Shown: piece after piece, positions 13,510 through 23,322 of the stretch
How positions within the stretch are numbered: position 1 is the first letter of the stretch
Layout: every line of letters begins with the position of its first letter
Made by a program: the position numbers and the translations under genes
The notes under the pieces: generated by a model
What the model was told of the DNA's origin: nothing
The model's database searches: none
The model's input: only the letters and a program-made list of their open reading frames with translations
Assembly: GCF_004010195.1 (NCBI RefSeq)
Contig: NC_057752.1
Coordinates: forward strand, 5,022,879-5,072,005
DNA length: 49,127 nt
From: Chiloscyllium plagiosum
Lineage: Eukaryota
Direction of reading: 5' to 3'

Positions 13510-14269
13510 TGTGTCATTCAATCAGACAATTCAAACATCCCAAGTATCTGGAATTTCACTGGCACTAATGTTCATACACATTCCTACCTTATTTCTGAAT
13601 ATACCACTGACTGAAGGCCGTGGCATTTGTGCCACATCATTATATCACAGTAACATACATGTGCCGCTATCTCCTGAATGTGTATTAATTGAAATTGTGA
13701 ATTTAGCAACTTGCGCAGTCAAGTTCAGTTTTAGTGGCACCAAGTGTATCCAAATAGATGGTGTCATCAGGAGACTCTCCCCTGGGTCCAGCACTCCTGA
13801 ACATATTCATTGGTTTCTTCAAAGAATGTGTTTTTGATGGAATGTAGTTGAACCTCCGACCATGTGCATATTTCACAATCTTTGAATCTATAACCACACA
13901 TAAGGCTTTCCTTCAAGACTGGAATATACACGCACCTGCATTCAGCTTGATATTTGCGATGTCGGAGTCTAACACACTCCACTTCCTCAATGAGTTGGTT
14001 GAGAAATCTGATAACGGATTCTCCACCACTGCAAGCCTATTCCACCACTAACAAGCTCACTAGGATTCACATAGCTCCATACTCTGTAAGATTGGCCTTA
14101 TCACCAATCTTGCAATTAGGGCCCTAGATATCTGTTCACCTTACAAGCTTGATGCAGAAATAGAGCATGTCAAAGCTCTCTGGCAGGACAATGGCTACAT
14201 TGATCGGATTAATGCTCACTGTACATCAGGTAAAGCCAAATGGGCCAAAGGATGACACTTTCAGACCTG
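13510..14269 (+). mobile_element. Decayed Penelope-like element, RT part (5' half of a split element)
   Basis: Translated motifs: IPTLFLNIPL, FSFSGTKCIQIDGV (frameshift) DSPLGPALLNIFIGF, ESNTLHFLNELVEKSDNGFSTT, KIGLITNLAIRALDICSPYKLDAEIEHVKALWQDNGY. These match PLE RT motifs (SLFTNVP, GxxMGSPL, LPFLD, NGYP). Confidence 0.85.
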
Positions 14270-14299
14270 CATGAAATGTGTATGGATTTTATGAAAAGC

Positions 14300-14630
14300 C
14301 TGGGGCGCACGTGTCAGATTGGCCTTCTTGAGAGTGAACCCACGGAAAGCAACTGGCCCAGATGGAGTCCCTGGCCATGTACTCAGATCCTGTGCAGACC
14401 GGCTGGCGGGAGCGTTCACTATCATCTTTAACCTCTCCTTACTCCAATGTGATGTTTCCACCTGCTTCAACAGCACCACTATCATCCCAGTTCCAAAGAA
14501 AAATCAGCCAAAAGGCCTTAATGACTACTGGCTGGTGGCTCTGACATCATCATTATAAAGTATTTCTAGAGGTTAGTAATGGCACATATCAACTCCAGCC
14601 TCCTAGGCTGCCTTGATCCACTACGCTTTG
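14300..14630 (+). mobile_element. Rex1/Babar non-LTR retrotransposon, RT N-terminal piece
   Basis: VNPRKATGPDGVPGHVLRSCADRLAGAFTIIFNLSL..TTIIPVPKK..LNDYWLVALT..LDPLRFA. Confidence 0.9.
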
Positions 14631-16325
14631 CGAGGGAAATGGTGAATCTCAAACCTGATTGAGTTTTTTGAAGAAGCAACCAAAAAGATTGATGAGAGCA
14701 GAGCAATAGATATTGTTCACATGGACTTTAGAAAGACTTTGACAAGGTTCTGCACAGTAGAATGATTAGTAAAGTTAGATCGCATGGGATTCAGAGTGAG
14801 CTTGTCAATTGGATACAAAATTGGCTTAATGGCAGAGACAGAGGACAATGGTGAGGGGTTATTTTTCAGACTGGAGGCCTGTGACCAGTGGTGTTCCACA
14901 GGTTTCCACTGGGTCCACTCTTGTTTGTCATTTATATAAATAATTTAGATGAGAATACAGGAGGCTAGTAAGTTTGCAGATGACACCAAAATCGGAGGTG
15001 TAGTGGACAGCGAAGAGGGTTACCTCAGATTACAACAGGATCTTGACCAGATGGGCCAATGGGCTGAGAAATGGCAGATGGAGTTTAATTCAGATAAATG
15101 CGAGGTGCTGCATTTTGGGAAAGCAAATCTTAGCAGGGCTTATACACTTAATGGTAAGGTCCTAGGGAGTGTTGCTGAACAAAGAGACCTTGGAGTGCAG
15201 GTTCATAGCTCCTTGAAAGTGGAGTCGCAGGGAGATATGATAGTGAAGATGGTTTCGTATGCTTTCCTTTATTGGTCAGAGTATTGAGTACAGGAGTTGG
15301 GAGGTCATGTGGGCTGTACAGGACATTGGTTAGGAGGGCATAGGTTTAGGGTGAGAGGGGAAAGATATAAAAGAGACCTAAGGGGCAACTTTTTCACGCA
15401 GAGGGTGGTGCGTGTATGGAATGAGCTGCCAGAGGAAGTGGTGGAGGCTGGTACAATTGCAACATTTAAGAGGCATTTGGATGGGTATATGAATAGGAAG
15501 GGTTTGGAGGGATATGGGTCGGGTGCTGGCAGGTGGGACTAGATTGGGTTGGGATATCTGGTCGGCATGGACAGGTTGGACCGAAGGGTCTGTTTCCATG
15601 CTGTACACCTCTATGACTCTATTACAAAGAGATCTTGATCAAGTGGGTCAATGGGCTGAGGAGTGGCAAATAGAGTTTAATTTGGATAAATGCAATATAT
15701 TGCATGTTGGTAAAACAAACAAGGATGGGACTTATACAATTAATGGTAATACCTTGGGTAGTGTTGTAGAACAGAGACCTAGGAGTTCAGGTATATAATT
15801 CTTTGAAATTTGCATCACAGATAGACAAGGTGGGGAAGAAGTTGTTTGGCACGCTTGCCTTCATTGCTCAGACCGTTGAGTATAGGAGTTGGGATGTCAT
15901 GTTGAGGTTGTACAGGATGTTGGTGAGGCCTCTTCTGGATTACTGTGCGCCGTTCTGGTTGCCATGCTAAAGGAAGGATTTTATTAAATTGTAGAGGGTT
16001 CTGAAAAGATACACCAGGCAGTGGCCAGGAATAGAGGGTTTGAGTTATAAAAATAGGTTGGATAGGCTGGGACCTTTTCACTGGAGTACTGGAGGTTAAC
16101 AGAGGTTTACAACATTGTGAAGGGCATAGATAGGGTGAATAGCAAGGATCTTTTCCCGAAGGTGAGAGAGTTCAAAACTAGGGGGTATATTTTTAAGGTG
16201 AGAGAAGCAAGTTTTAAAACAGACATGAGGGACAACCTTTTTACCCAGAGAATGCTTTCAGTGTGGAAGGAACTGCGAGAGGACATGGTGGATGCAGGTA
16301 CAATTACAACATATATGCCACATTT
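14631..16325 (+). mobile_element. Older CR1 LINE ORF2 fragment (14631-~14960 and 15621-16325), interrupted by a younger CR1
   Basis: NLIEFFEEATKKIDESRAIDIVHMDF, SGVPQ, LFVIYINNLDE; resumes as LQRDLDQVGQWAEEWQIEFNLDKC, then GIDRVNSKDLFPKV..FTQRMLSVWKEL. Confidence 0.85.
14960..15621 (+). mobile_element. Younger 5'-truncated CR1 with an internal deletion near 15333
   Basis: SKFADDTKIGGVVDSEEGYLRLQQDLDQMGQWAEKWQMEFN, ORF2 end YMNRKGLEGYG..RWD*, tail ccgaagggtctgtttccatgctgtacacctctatgactcta. Highly similar to 44150-44446. The 5' boundary is uncertain (14960-15030). Confidence 0.9.
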
Positions 16326-16510
16326 GGGGTGGCTCATTGGTTAGCGCTGCTCCCTTCCATCGCCAGGAACTCGGGATCAATTCCACCCTCTGGTGACTGT
16401 CTGTGTGGAGTTTGCGCGTTTCCCCCCAGGTGCTCCGGTTTCCTCTGGGTTCTCCAAAGATGTGCAGGTTAGGGTGCAGTGGCCATGCTAAATTACCCAC
16501 AGTGCCCAGG
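16326..16510 (+). mobile_element. HE1-like V-SINE head (tRNA-derived); 3' tail missing
   Basis: gtggctcattggttagc (A box), gggatcaattcc (B box), ctgtctgtgtggagtttgc (V domain). Matches copies at 37022-37243 and 40190-40490. Confidence 0.85.
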
Positions 16511-18546
16511 GATATGCAGGTTAGGGTGGATTGGCCATGCTAAATTGTCCCATAGTGCCCAGGGATGTGCAGGTTAGGGTGGATTGGCCATGTGAAATTG
16601 TCCCATAGTGTCCAGGGATGTACAGGTTAGGGTATATTGGCCATGCTAAATTGTCCCATAGTGTCCAGGGATGTGTAGGTCAGGGTGGATTGGCCATGCT
16701 AAATTACCCATAGTGCCCAGGGATGTGCAGGTCAGGGTGGATTTCCATGCTAAATTACCCATAGTGCCCAGGGATGTGCAGGTCAGGGTGGATTCCCATG
16801 CTAAATTACCCATAGTGCCCAGGGATGTACAGGTTAGGGTGGATCGGTCATGCTAAATTACCCATAGTGCCCAGGGATGTGCAGGTTAGGGTGGATTGGC
16901 CATGTGAATTTGTCCCATGGTGCCTAGGGATGTACAGGTTAGGGTGGATTGGCCACGTGAAATTGTCCCATAGTGCCCAGGGAATTCCAGGACAGGGTGG
17001 ATTGGCCATACTAAATTACCCATAGTGCCCAGTGATGTACAGGTCAGGGTGGATTGGCCATGCTAAATTACCCATCGTGCCCAGGGATGTGCAGGTTAAG
17101 GTGGATTGGCCATGCTAAAGTGTCCCATAGTGTCCAGGGATGTGCAGGTCAAGGTGGATTGGCCATGCTGAAATTACCCATAGTGCCCAGGGAGGTGCAG
17201 GTCAGGGTGGATTGGCCATGCTAAATTACCCATAGTGCCCAGGGATGTGCAGGACAGGGTGGATTGGCCATGCTAGATTACCCATAGTGCCCAGGGAAGT
17301 GCAGGTTAGGGTGGATTGGCCATGCTAAATTGTCGCATAATGTCCAGGGATGTGCAGGACATGGTGGATTGGCCATGCTAAATTACCCATAGCGCCCAGC
17401 GATATACAGGTCAGGGAGGATTGGCCATGCTAAATTACCCATAGTGCCCAGGGATATGCAGGACAGAGTGGATTGGCCATGCGAAATTACCCATAGTACC
17501 CAGGGATGTACAGGTTAGGGTGGATCGGCCATGCTAAATTACAGATAGTGCCCAGGGATGTGCAGGTTAGGGTGGATTGGCCATGTGAATTTGTCCCATG
17601 GTGCTCAGGGATGTACAGGTTATGGTGGATTGGCCACATGAAATTGTCCCATAGTACCCAGGGATGTACAGGTTAGGGTAGATTGGCCATGCTAAATTGT
17701 CCCATAGTGCCCAGGGATGTACAGATTAGGGTAGATTGGCCATGCTAAATTGTCCCATAGTGTCCAGGGATGTCCAGGACAGGTGGATTGGCCATGCTAA
17801 ATTACCCATAATGCCCAGAGAAGTGCAGGTTAGGGTGGATTAGCCATGCTAAATTGTCCCATTGTGTCCAGGGATGTGCAGGTCAGGGTGGATTGGCCAT
17901 GCTAAATTACCCATAGTGCCCAGGGATGTGCAGGTTAGGGTGGATTGGCCATGCTAAATTGTCCCATAGGGCCCAGGGATGTGCAGGTCAGGGTGGATTG
18001 GCCATGCCAAATTACCCATAGTGCCCAGGGATGTGCAGGTTATGGTGGATTGGCCATGCCAAATTGTCCCATAGTGCTCAGGGATGTGCAGGTTAGGGTG
18101 GATTGGCCATGCCAAATTGTCCCATAGTGCTCAGGGATGTACAGGTTAGGGTGGATCGGCCATGCTAAATTACCCATAGTGCCCAGGGATGTCCAAGTTA
18201 GGGTGGATTGGCCATGTGCAATTGTCCCATAGTGCCCAGGGATGTGCAGGTTAGGGTGGAGTGACCGTGCTAAATTGTCCCATAGTGTCCAGAGATGTAC
18301 AGGTTAGGGTAGATTGGCCATGCTAAATTGCCCCATAGTGTCCAGAGATGTACAGGTTAGGGTGGATTGGCCATGCTAAATTGCCCCATAGTGCCCAGGG
18401 ATGTGCAGGTTAGGGTGGATTGGCCATGCTAAATTGGCCCATAGTGCCCAGGGATGTACAGGTTAGGGTAGATTGGCCATGCTAAATTGCCCCATAGTGC
18501 CCAGGGATGTGTAGGTTAGGGTGGATTGGCCATGCTAAATTGCCCC
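16459..18546 (+). repeat. Minisatellite, ~40 copies of a 52-53 bp unit derived from the HE1 SINE body
   Basis: Consensus ggatgtgcaggttagggtggattggccatgctaaatt(a/gt)cccatagtgcccag. The same unit occurs once in the SINE at 37087-37131. Confidence 0.97.
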
Positions 18547-18752
18547 CTCGGACCCTTACTATACACCTTCTACACTCACAACTGTGTGGCCAAATTCAGC
18601 TCGAACTCCATTTACACATTTACCATCGTGGGTCGGATTGCAAACAACAACGAGACCGAGTGCAGGAAGGAAATACAGAGCTTAGTGGCATGGTGTAAGG
18701 ACAACAATGTCTCCCTCAATGTCAGCAAAATGAAGGAGCTGATTATTGACTT
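18547..18752 (+). mobile_element. Rex1/Babar RT middle piece
   Basis: LGPLLYTFYTHNCVAKFSSNSIYTF(ADD deleted)TIVGRIANNNETECRKEIQSLVAWCKDNNVSLNVSKMKELIID. Confidence 0.9.
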
Positions 18753-19508
18753 AGAGTCATAGAGATGTATAGCACGGAAACAGACCCTTCAGTCCAACTC
18801 CATCTACGCTGACCAGATATCTTAAATTAATCTAGTCCCATTTGCCAGCACTTGGCCCATATCCTTCTGAACCCTTCCTATTCATACACCCATCCAGATG
18901 CCTTTTAAATGTTGTAATTGTACCAGCCTCCACCACTTCCTCTGGCAGCTCATTCCATACATGCACCACCCTCTGTATGAAAACTTTGCCCCTTAGATTC
19001 CTTTCAAATCTGTCCCTTCTCACTCTAAACTAATACCGTCTAGTTCTGGACTTTCCCAACTCAAGGAAAAGACCTTGTCTATTTACCCTATTCATGCCCC
19101 TCATGATTTGATAAACATCTGTAAGTCACCCCTCAGCCTCCGACGCTCCAGGGAAAACAGCCGCAGGCTATTCAGCCTCTCCCTGTAGCTCAAACCCTCC
19201 AATCCTGGCAACATCCTTGTAAATCTTGAACAGTTTCAAGTTTCACAACATCCTTCCTATAGGAGGGAGACCAAAATTGAACACAATATTCCAAAACTGG
19301 TCTAACCAATGTTCTGTACATCCACAACATGACCTCCCAACTCCTGTACTCAATGCTCTGACCAATAAAGGGAAGCATACCAAACGACATCTTCACTATC
19401 TTATCTCCCTGCGACTCCACTTTCAAGGAGCTATGAACCTGCACTCCAAGGTCTCTATGTTCAGCAACACTCCCCAGGACCTTACCATTAAGTGTATCAG
19501 TCCTCTCC
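18753..19508 (-). mobile_element. 5'-truncated CR1 inserted in Rex1/Babar with a 6-bp TSD
   Basis: TGACTT at 18747-18752 and 19509-19514; tail agagtcatagag; YRTLVRPVLEYCVQFWSP and VWNELPEEVVEAG motifs. Confidence 0.93.
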
Positions 19509-20196
19509 TGACTTCAGGAAGCAGAGTGCAGGACATGCCCCTGTCTGTATCAACGATGCTGAGGCAGAGGTGGTCGAGAGCTTCAAGTTCTTCGGAGTAA
19601 ATATCACCAACAATCTGTCCTGGTCCATCCACATCGATGCTACAGTCAAGAAAGCACACCAACGCCTCTACTTCCTCAGGAGGCTAAGGAAATTTGGCAT
19701 GTCCACAAGGACTCTTACCAACTTTTAGAGCTGCACCACAGAAAGCATCCTATCCGCACGCATCACAGTGTGGTAAGGCAACTGCTCTGCCCAAGCCTGC
19801 AAGAAACTACAGCGAGTCGTGAATACAGTCCAGTCCATCACACAAACCAGCCTTCCTTCTATTGGCTCTGTCTACACTTCCCACTGCCTCAGGAAAGCAG
19901 CCAATATCATCAAAGACTCCTTCTACCCTCTTCCATCAGGCAGAAGATACAAAAGATTGAAAACATGGACAAACAGATTCAAGAACAGCTCCTTCCCTGC
20001 TGTTATCAGACGTATAAACGAACCTCTCATATATTAAAGTTGAGCTCACTCTGCACCTTTTCTGTGGCTGTAATACTGTATTCTGCATTCTGTTCTATTA
20101 CCCTGATGTATTTATGTAAGGTATGATTTGTCCGGATAGCACGCAAAACAATACTTTTCACTGTATCTCGGTACATGTGACAATAATCAATCAAAT
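19509..20196 (+). mobile_element. Rex1/Babar 3' piece including 3' UTR and tail
   Basis: DFRKQ..VESFKFFGVNITNNLSWSIH..KKAHQRLYFLRRLRKFG, LPSGRRY..TNRFKNSSFP; tail cttttcactgtatctcggtacatgtgacaataatcaatcaa. Confidence 0.92.
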
Positions 20197-20198
20197 TT

Positions 20199-20940
20199 TA
20201 AAAAATACCTGGCTTACCTTAAATTACCATGGGTATCAAAAACAGGGGAAGCAAGCTAATTCATACTGCTGTTGTGCCATAGTATGGTAGCTGTGAGGGG
20301 GTTATTTCCCACTATATGATGATGCTGTCATTTCAAAAAGAGGTGATGTTTCCCAGAAAACTGAGCAGTGTTGTGTATGAATTTCTTTGATGCAACATCA
20401 GGTGTGTGAACCGTACCTCGCAGTGATTGGCTGATCCAATCAAATGGCATGTCCCTTCGGTTGACTGTAATAACTGGAACACATCCTGTTCTGAACCCAC
20501 CTCACTGGCAAAACACAAACCAAAACATCTCCTGGTGCTGTGATTCTGTGACTGTGCGGCACTTGGTAAGCAACCCTGAGTGCGCTAATACCTGAACAAC
20601 AACCAATTTAAAATAATCAGTTGAGATTGTAATGTGACTCATTTACATATGCTAGAATTGAAACTCATTCACAGGATCACATTCTCAGCAAACAAAAGGA
20701 ATATGGTTAAGTCTTATGCCTTTTTTTGAATTATACAAGATCTAGGTGAGCCTATACTATAGTTGCTTGTTGCTTTTTCCATGACAATGCCCTGGCCAAT
20801 CACAGTCAACCTGCTGACCAATCAGTACCCTTTACTCTAGTGGTATCATTTGTTGTAATTGTTTGAAATTTGGCATTCTTGCCCTGGTCCAGAGGAGTGC
20901 AAGATGAAAAGCTTCAATAACGTCGTTCTTTTCAGCAATA
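20199..20940 (+). mobile_element. 3' half of the split Penelope-like element: GIY-YIG endonuclease remnant and pseudo-LTR
   Basis: Continues FRP| (14269) as KYLAYLKLPW; SSVVYEFL*CNIRCVNRTSQ*LADPIKWHVP (GIY-YIG-like), RHLVSNPECA, HLHMLE; terminal region carries a degenerate hammerhead at 20887-20918. Confidence 0.8.
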
Positions 20941-20999
20941 TGAGAACTATGTTGTCCATTCAGCTTCTTGGATAAATCTTTAATCTCTCAGCATTTTCA

Positions 21000-21220
21000 A
21001 AGGATGTGGGGAGTAGGCAAGAAAGCTGAGCTCAGACAGACGTTTAGCTATGATGTTCAATTTTATATTCATAGCACAAAAAGATTGTTCTGAAAAGAAG
21101 CCCATACTCTCATTGTGAAAACCTTCAAAGCTCTTTTACGTCAGCTATAATCATATTGAATGGTGGAGTGAATTTGAACAGTTCAATGGTTTACTCCTTT
21201 TCCGATTTCTTCTAAGTTCT
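21000..21220 (+). mobile_element. Decayed CR1-type 3' tail remnant
   Basis: tcagctataatcatattgaatggtggag..aatggtttactcc resembles the tail at 32560-32620. Confidence 0.4.
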
Positions 21221-21303
21221 TGGTTTGTTCAAAGTTTGTGCGAAGATTTGTAGCTCGGGTGCTCGTTGTTGTGGTTCTGTTCGCCGAGCTGGAAGTTTTT
21301 GTT

Positions 21304-21343
21304 GCAAACGTTTCGTCCCCTGGCTAGGCGACATCATCAGTGC
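21304..21343 (-). ncRNA. Minimal type I hammerhead ribozyme motif in the PLE pseudo-LTR
   Basis: GCA-CUGAUGA-U-GUCGCCU(AGCC)AGGGGAC-GAAAC-GUU-UGC: complete core, helix II hairpin, palindromic AACGUU helix III, GCA/UGC helix I. Confidence 0.8.
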
Positions 21344-22233
21344 TTGGGAGCCTCCTGCGAAGCGCTTCTTTGATGTTTCCTCCGGTGTTTATAGTGGTCT
21401 GTCCCTGCCGCTTCCGGTTGTCAGTTTCAGCTGTCCGCTGTAGTGGTTGGTATATTGGGTCCAGGTCGATGTGTTTGTTGATGGAGTTTGTGGATGAATG
21501 CCATGCCTCTAGGAATTCCCTGGCTGTTCTCTGTCTGGCTTGCCCTATGATAGTAGTGTTGTCCCAGTCGAATTCATGTTGCTTGTTGTCTGCGTGTGTG
21601 GCTACTAAGGATAGCTGGTCGTGTCGTTTCGTGGCTAGTTGATGTTCATGTATGCGGATTGTTAGCTGTCTTCCTGTTTGTCCTATATAGTGTTTTGTGC
21701 AGTCCTTGCATGGTATTTTGTACACTACATTCGTCTTGCTCATGTTGGGTATTGGGTCCTTCGTTCTGGTGAGTTGTTGTCTGAGCGTGGCTGTTGGTTT
21801 GTGTGCCGTTATGAGTCCTAGGGGTCGCAGTAGTCTGGCAGTCAGTTCCGAGATGCTCCTGATGTATGGTAGTGTGGCTAGTCCTTTTGGTTGTGGTATG
21901 TCCTCGTTCCGTGGTCTTTCTCTTAGGCATCTGTTGATGAAGTTGCGCGGGTATCCGTTTTTGGCGAATACCTTGTATAGGTGTTCCTCTTCTCCTTATT
22001 GCAGTCCTGGTGTACTGCAGTGTGTTGTGGCCCTTTTGAATAGTGTCCTGATGCAGCTTCAACACACCACCCCAACACACACAAACGAAGCTCCATCAAC
22101 AAACACATCGACCTGGACCCAATATACCAACCACTACAGCGGACAGCTGAAACTGACAACCGGAAGCGGCAGGGACAGACCACTATAAACACCGGAGGAA
22201 ACATCAAAGAAGCGCTTCGCAGGAGGCTCCCAA

Positions 22234-22273
22234 GCACTGAGGATGTCGCCTAGCCAGGGGACGAAACGTTTGC
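22234..22273 (+). ncRNA. Minimal type I hammerhead ribozyme motif (inverted copy)
   Basis: GCA-CUGAGGA-U-GUCGCCU(AGCC)AGGGGAC-GAAAC-GUU-UGC; differs from the other copy only at the variable position N7. Confidence 0.8.
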
Positions 22274-22554
22274 GACAAAAACTTCCAGCTCGGCGAACAG
22301 AACCACATTAATGGTTTGTTTATACACTATTTTGGGAACTTAGAAGTTAATGAAACATTGCAACTGAAAAATAAAGGATTTTTATCTCTGGCTGGCAGGG
22401 ATAGGAATCTGCTTCTTTTTAATTTTGAATTGATGTTCTGTCAAAGGTAAGCAACGGAACGCTTCACCTCTCTGCTCTGGGCCCATTAAATGTGTCTTTA
22501 TCACTAGACAGTGCCCCCTACTGCAGCTGTTTGAAAATGTCTTTTGTTCGAATC

Positions 22555-22755
22555 ACCACCCTTCTAGCCCCTGAGTGAGACTGTAAATTCAGTGCCAGTA
22601 AGCTATGGGTGCACACACACACACACACACACGAGGAGCTGGGTTGAGACAGCCTCGAGTTCATTTCACAGGGGACCCTTACAAGCACCAGAGACTGTAA
22701 ATCCATCTGTCTGGGCTGGATTTGAACTGAATTATAAGGTCAATGTGCCAATCCT
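22555..22755 (-). mobile_element. Ancient tRNA-derived SINE resembling LF-SINE, with an internal (CA)n at 22612-22632
   Basis: Minus strand: gttcaaatccagcccag..tgtgaaatgaactcgaggctgtctcaacccagctcct..tggcactgaatttacagtctcactcag. Motif order matches my recollection of the LF-SINE consensus. Confidence 0.55.
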
Positions 22756-22964
22756 CTTTTTATTTTAATAAAGTCAAAGCTGCCCCAGTATAACACTTGC
22801 ATATTTAACATTCTTTCCCTTTATTAACTGTATCAACTGTACTGAATGTGTAAAATGAATGGGACAGTAGGGTGCTGCCTTGTGACGTAAGGAGTCCCAT
22901 AGCTACAGTATATTGAAGTGACATTCTGATTCCAGGCTGAGGTAATCTGATTTGACCACTGTGG

Positions 22965-23322
22965 AACACACGGACACTCATACTCACACACATATACTCA
23001 CACACATTCACTCACTCACACTCTCTCACACACACACATACACAGACACCTACTGTCACACACAGACCATACACACTCTCACACACAGATACATACTGTC
23101 ACAGACACATACACACAAAGACACACACTCAAGTACACACAGACATACAGATAGACAGGCACACACAGACACATACTGTCACACACACACAGATACACAG
23201 ACACATCACAGATACACACACTCACATACACAGTCACACACAAACACAGACACATACTTACACACACAGGTGCATACCTATTGACATGGACATACACACA
23301 TAAAGCCTGAGACACATACATA
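22965..23322. repeat. Degenerate (CA)n-rich low-complexity tract
   Basis: Read directly; recurring subunit acagacacatactgtcacacac. Confidence 0.9.

Larger units (their letters stand above)
21230..22311 (-). mobile_element. Young 5'-truncated Penelope-like element with inverted pseudo-LTRs and a 9-bp TSD
   Basis: Minus ORF: SCIRTLFKRATTHC..(one TAA)..KNGYPRNFI..LPYIRSISE..NVVYKIPCKDCTKHYIGQTGRQLTIRIHEH..REFLEAWHS (GIY-YIG). Inverted arms at 21270-21486 and 22091-22307. TSD TGGTTTGTT at 21221-21229 and 22312-22320. Confidence 0.95.

Noticed and set aside
16459..18546. CRISPR-like array or interstitial telomere
   Set aside because: Units are head-to-tail with no unique spacers and no cas genes. 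TTAGGG occurs singly within a SINE-derived unit, not as a tandem telomeric tract.
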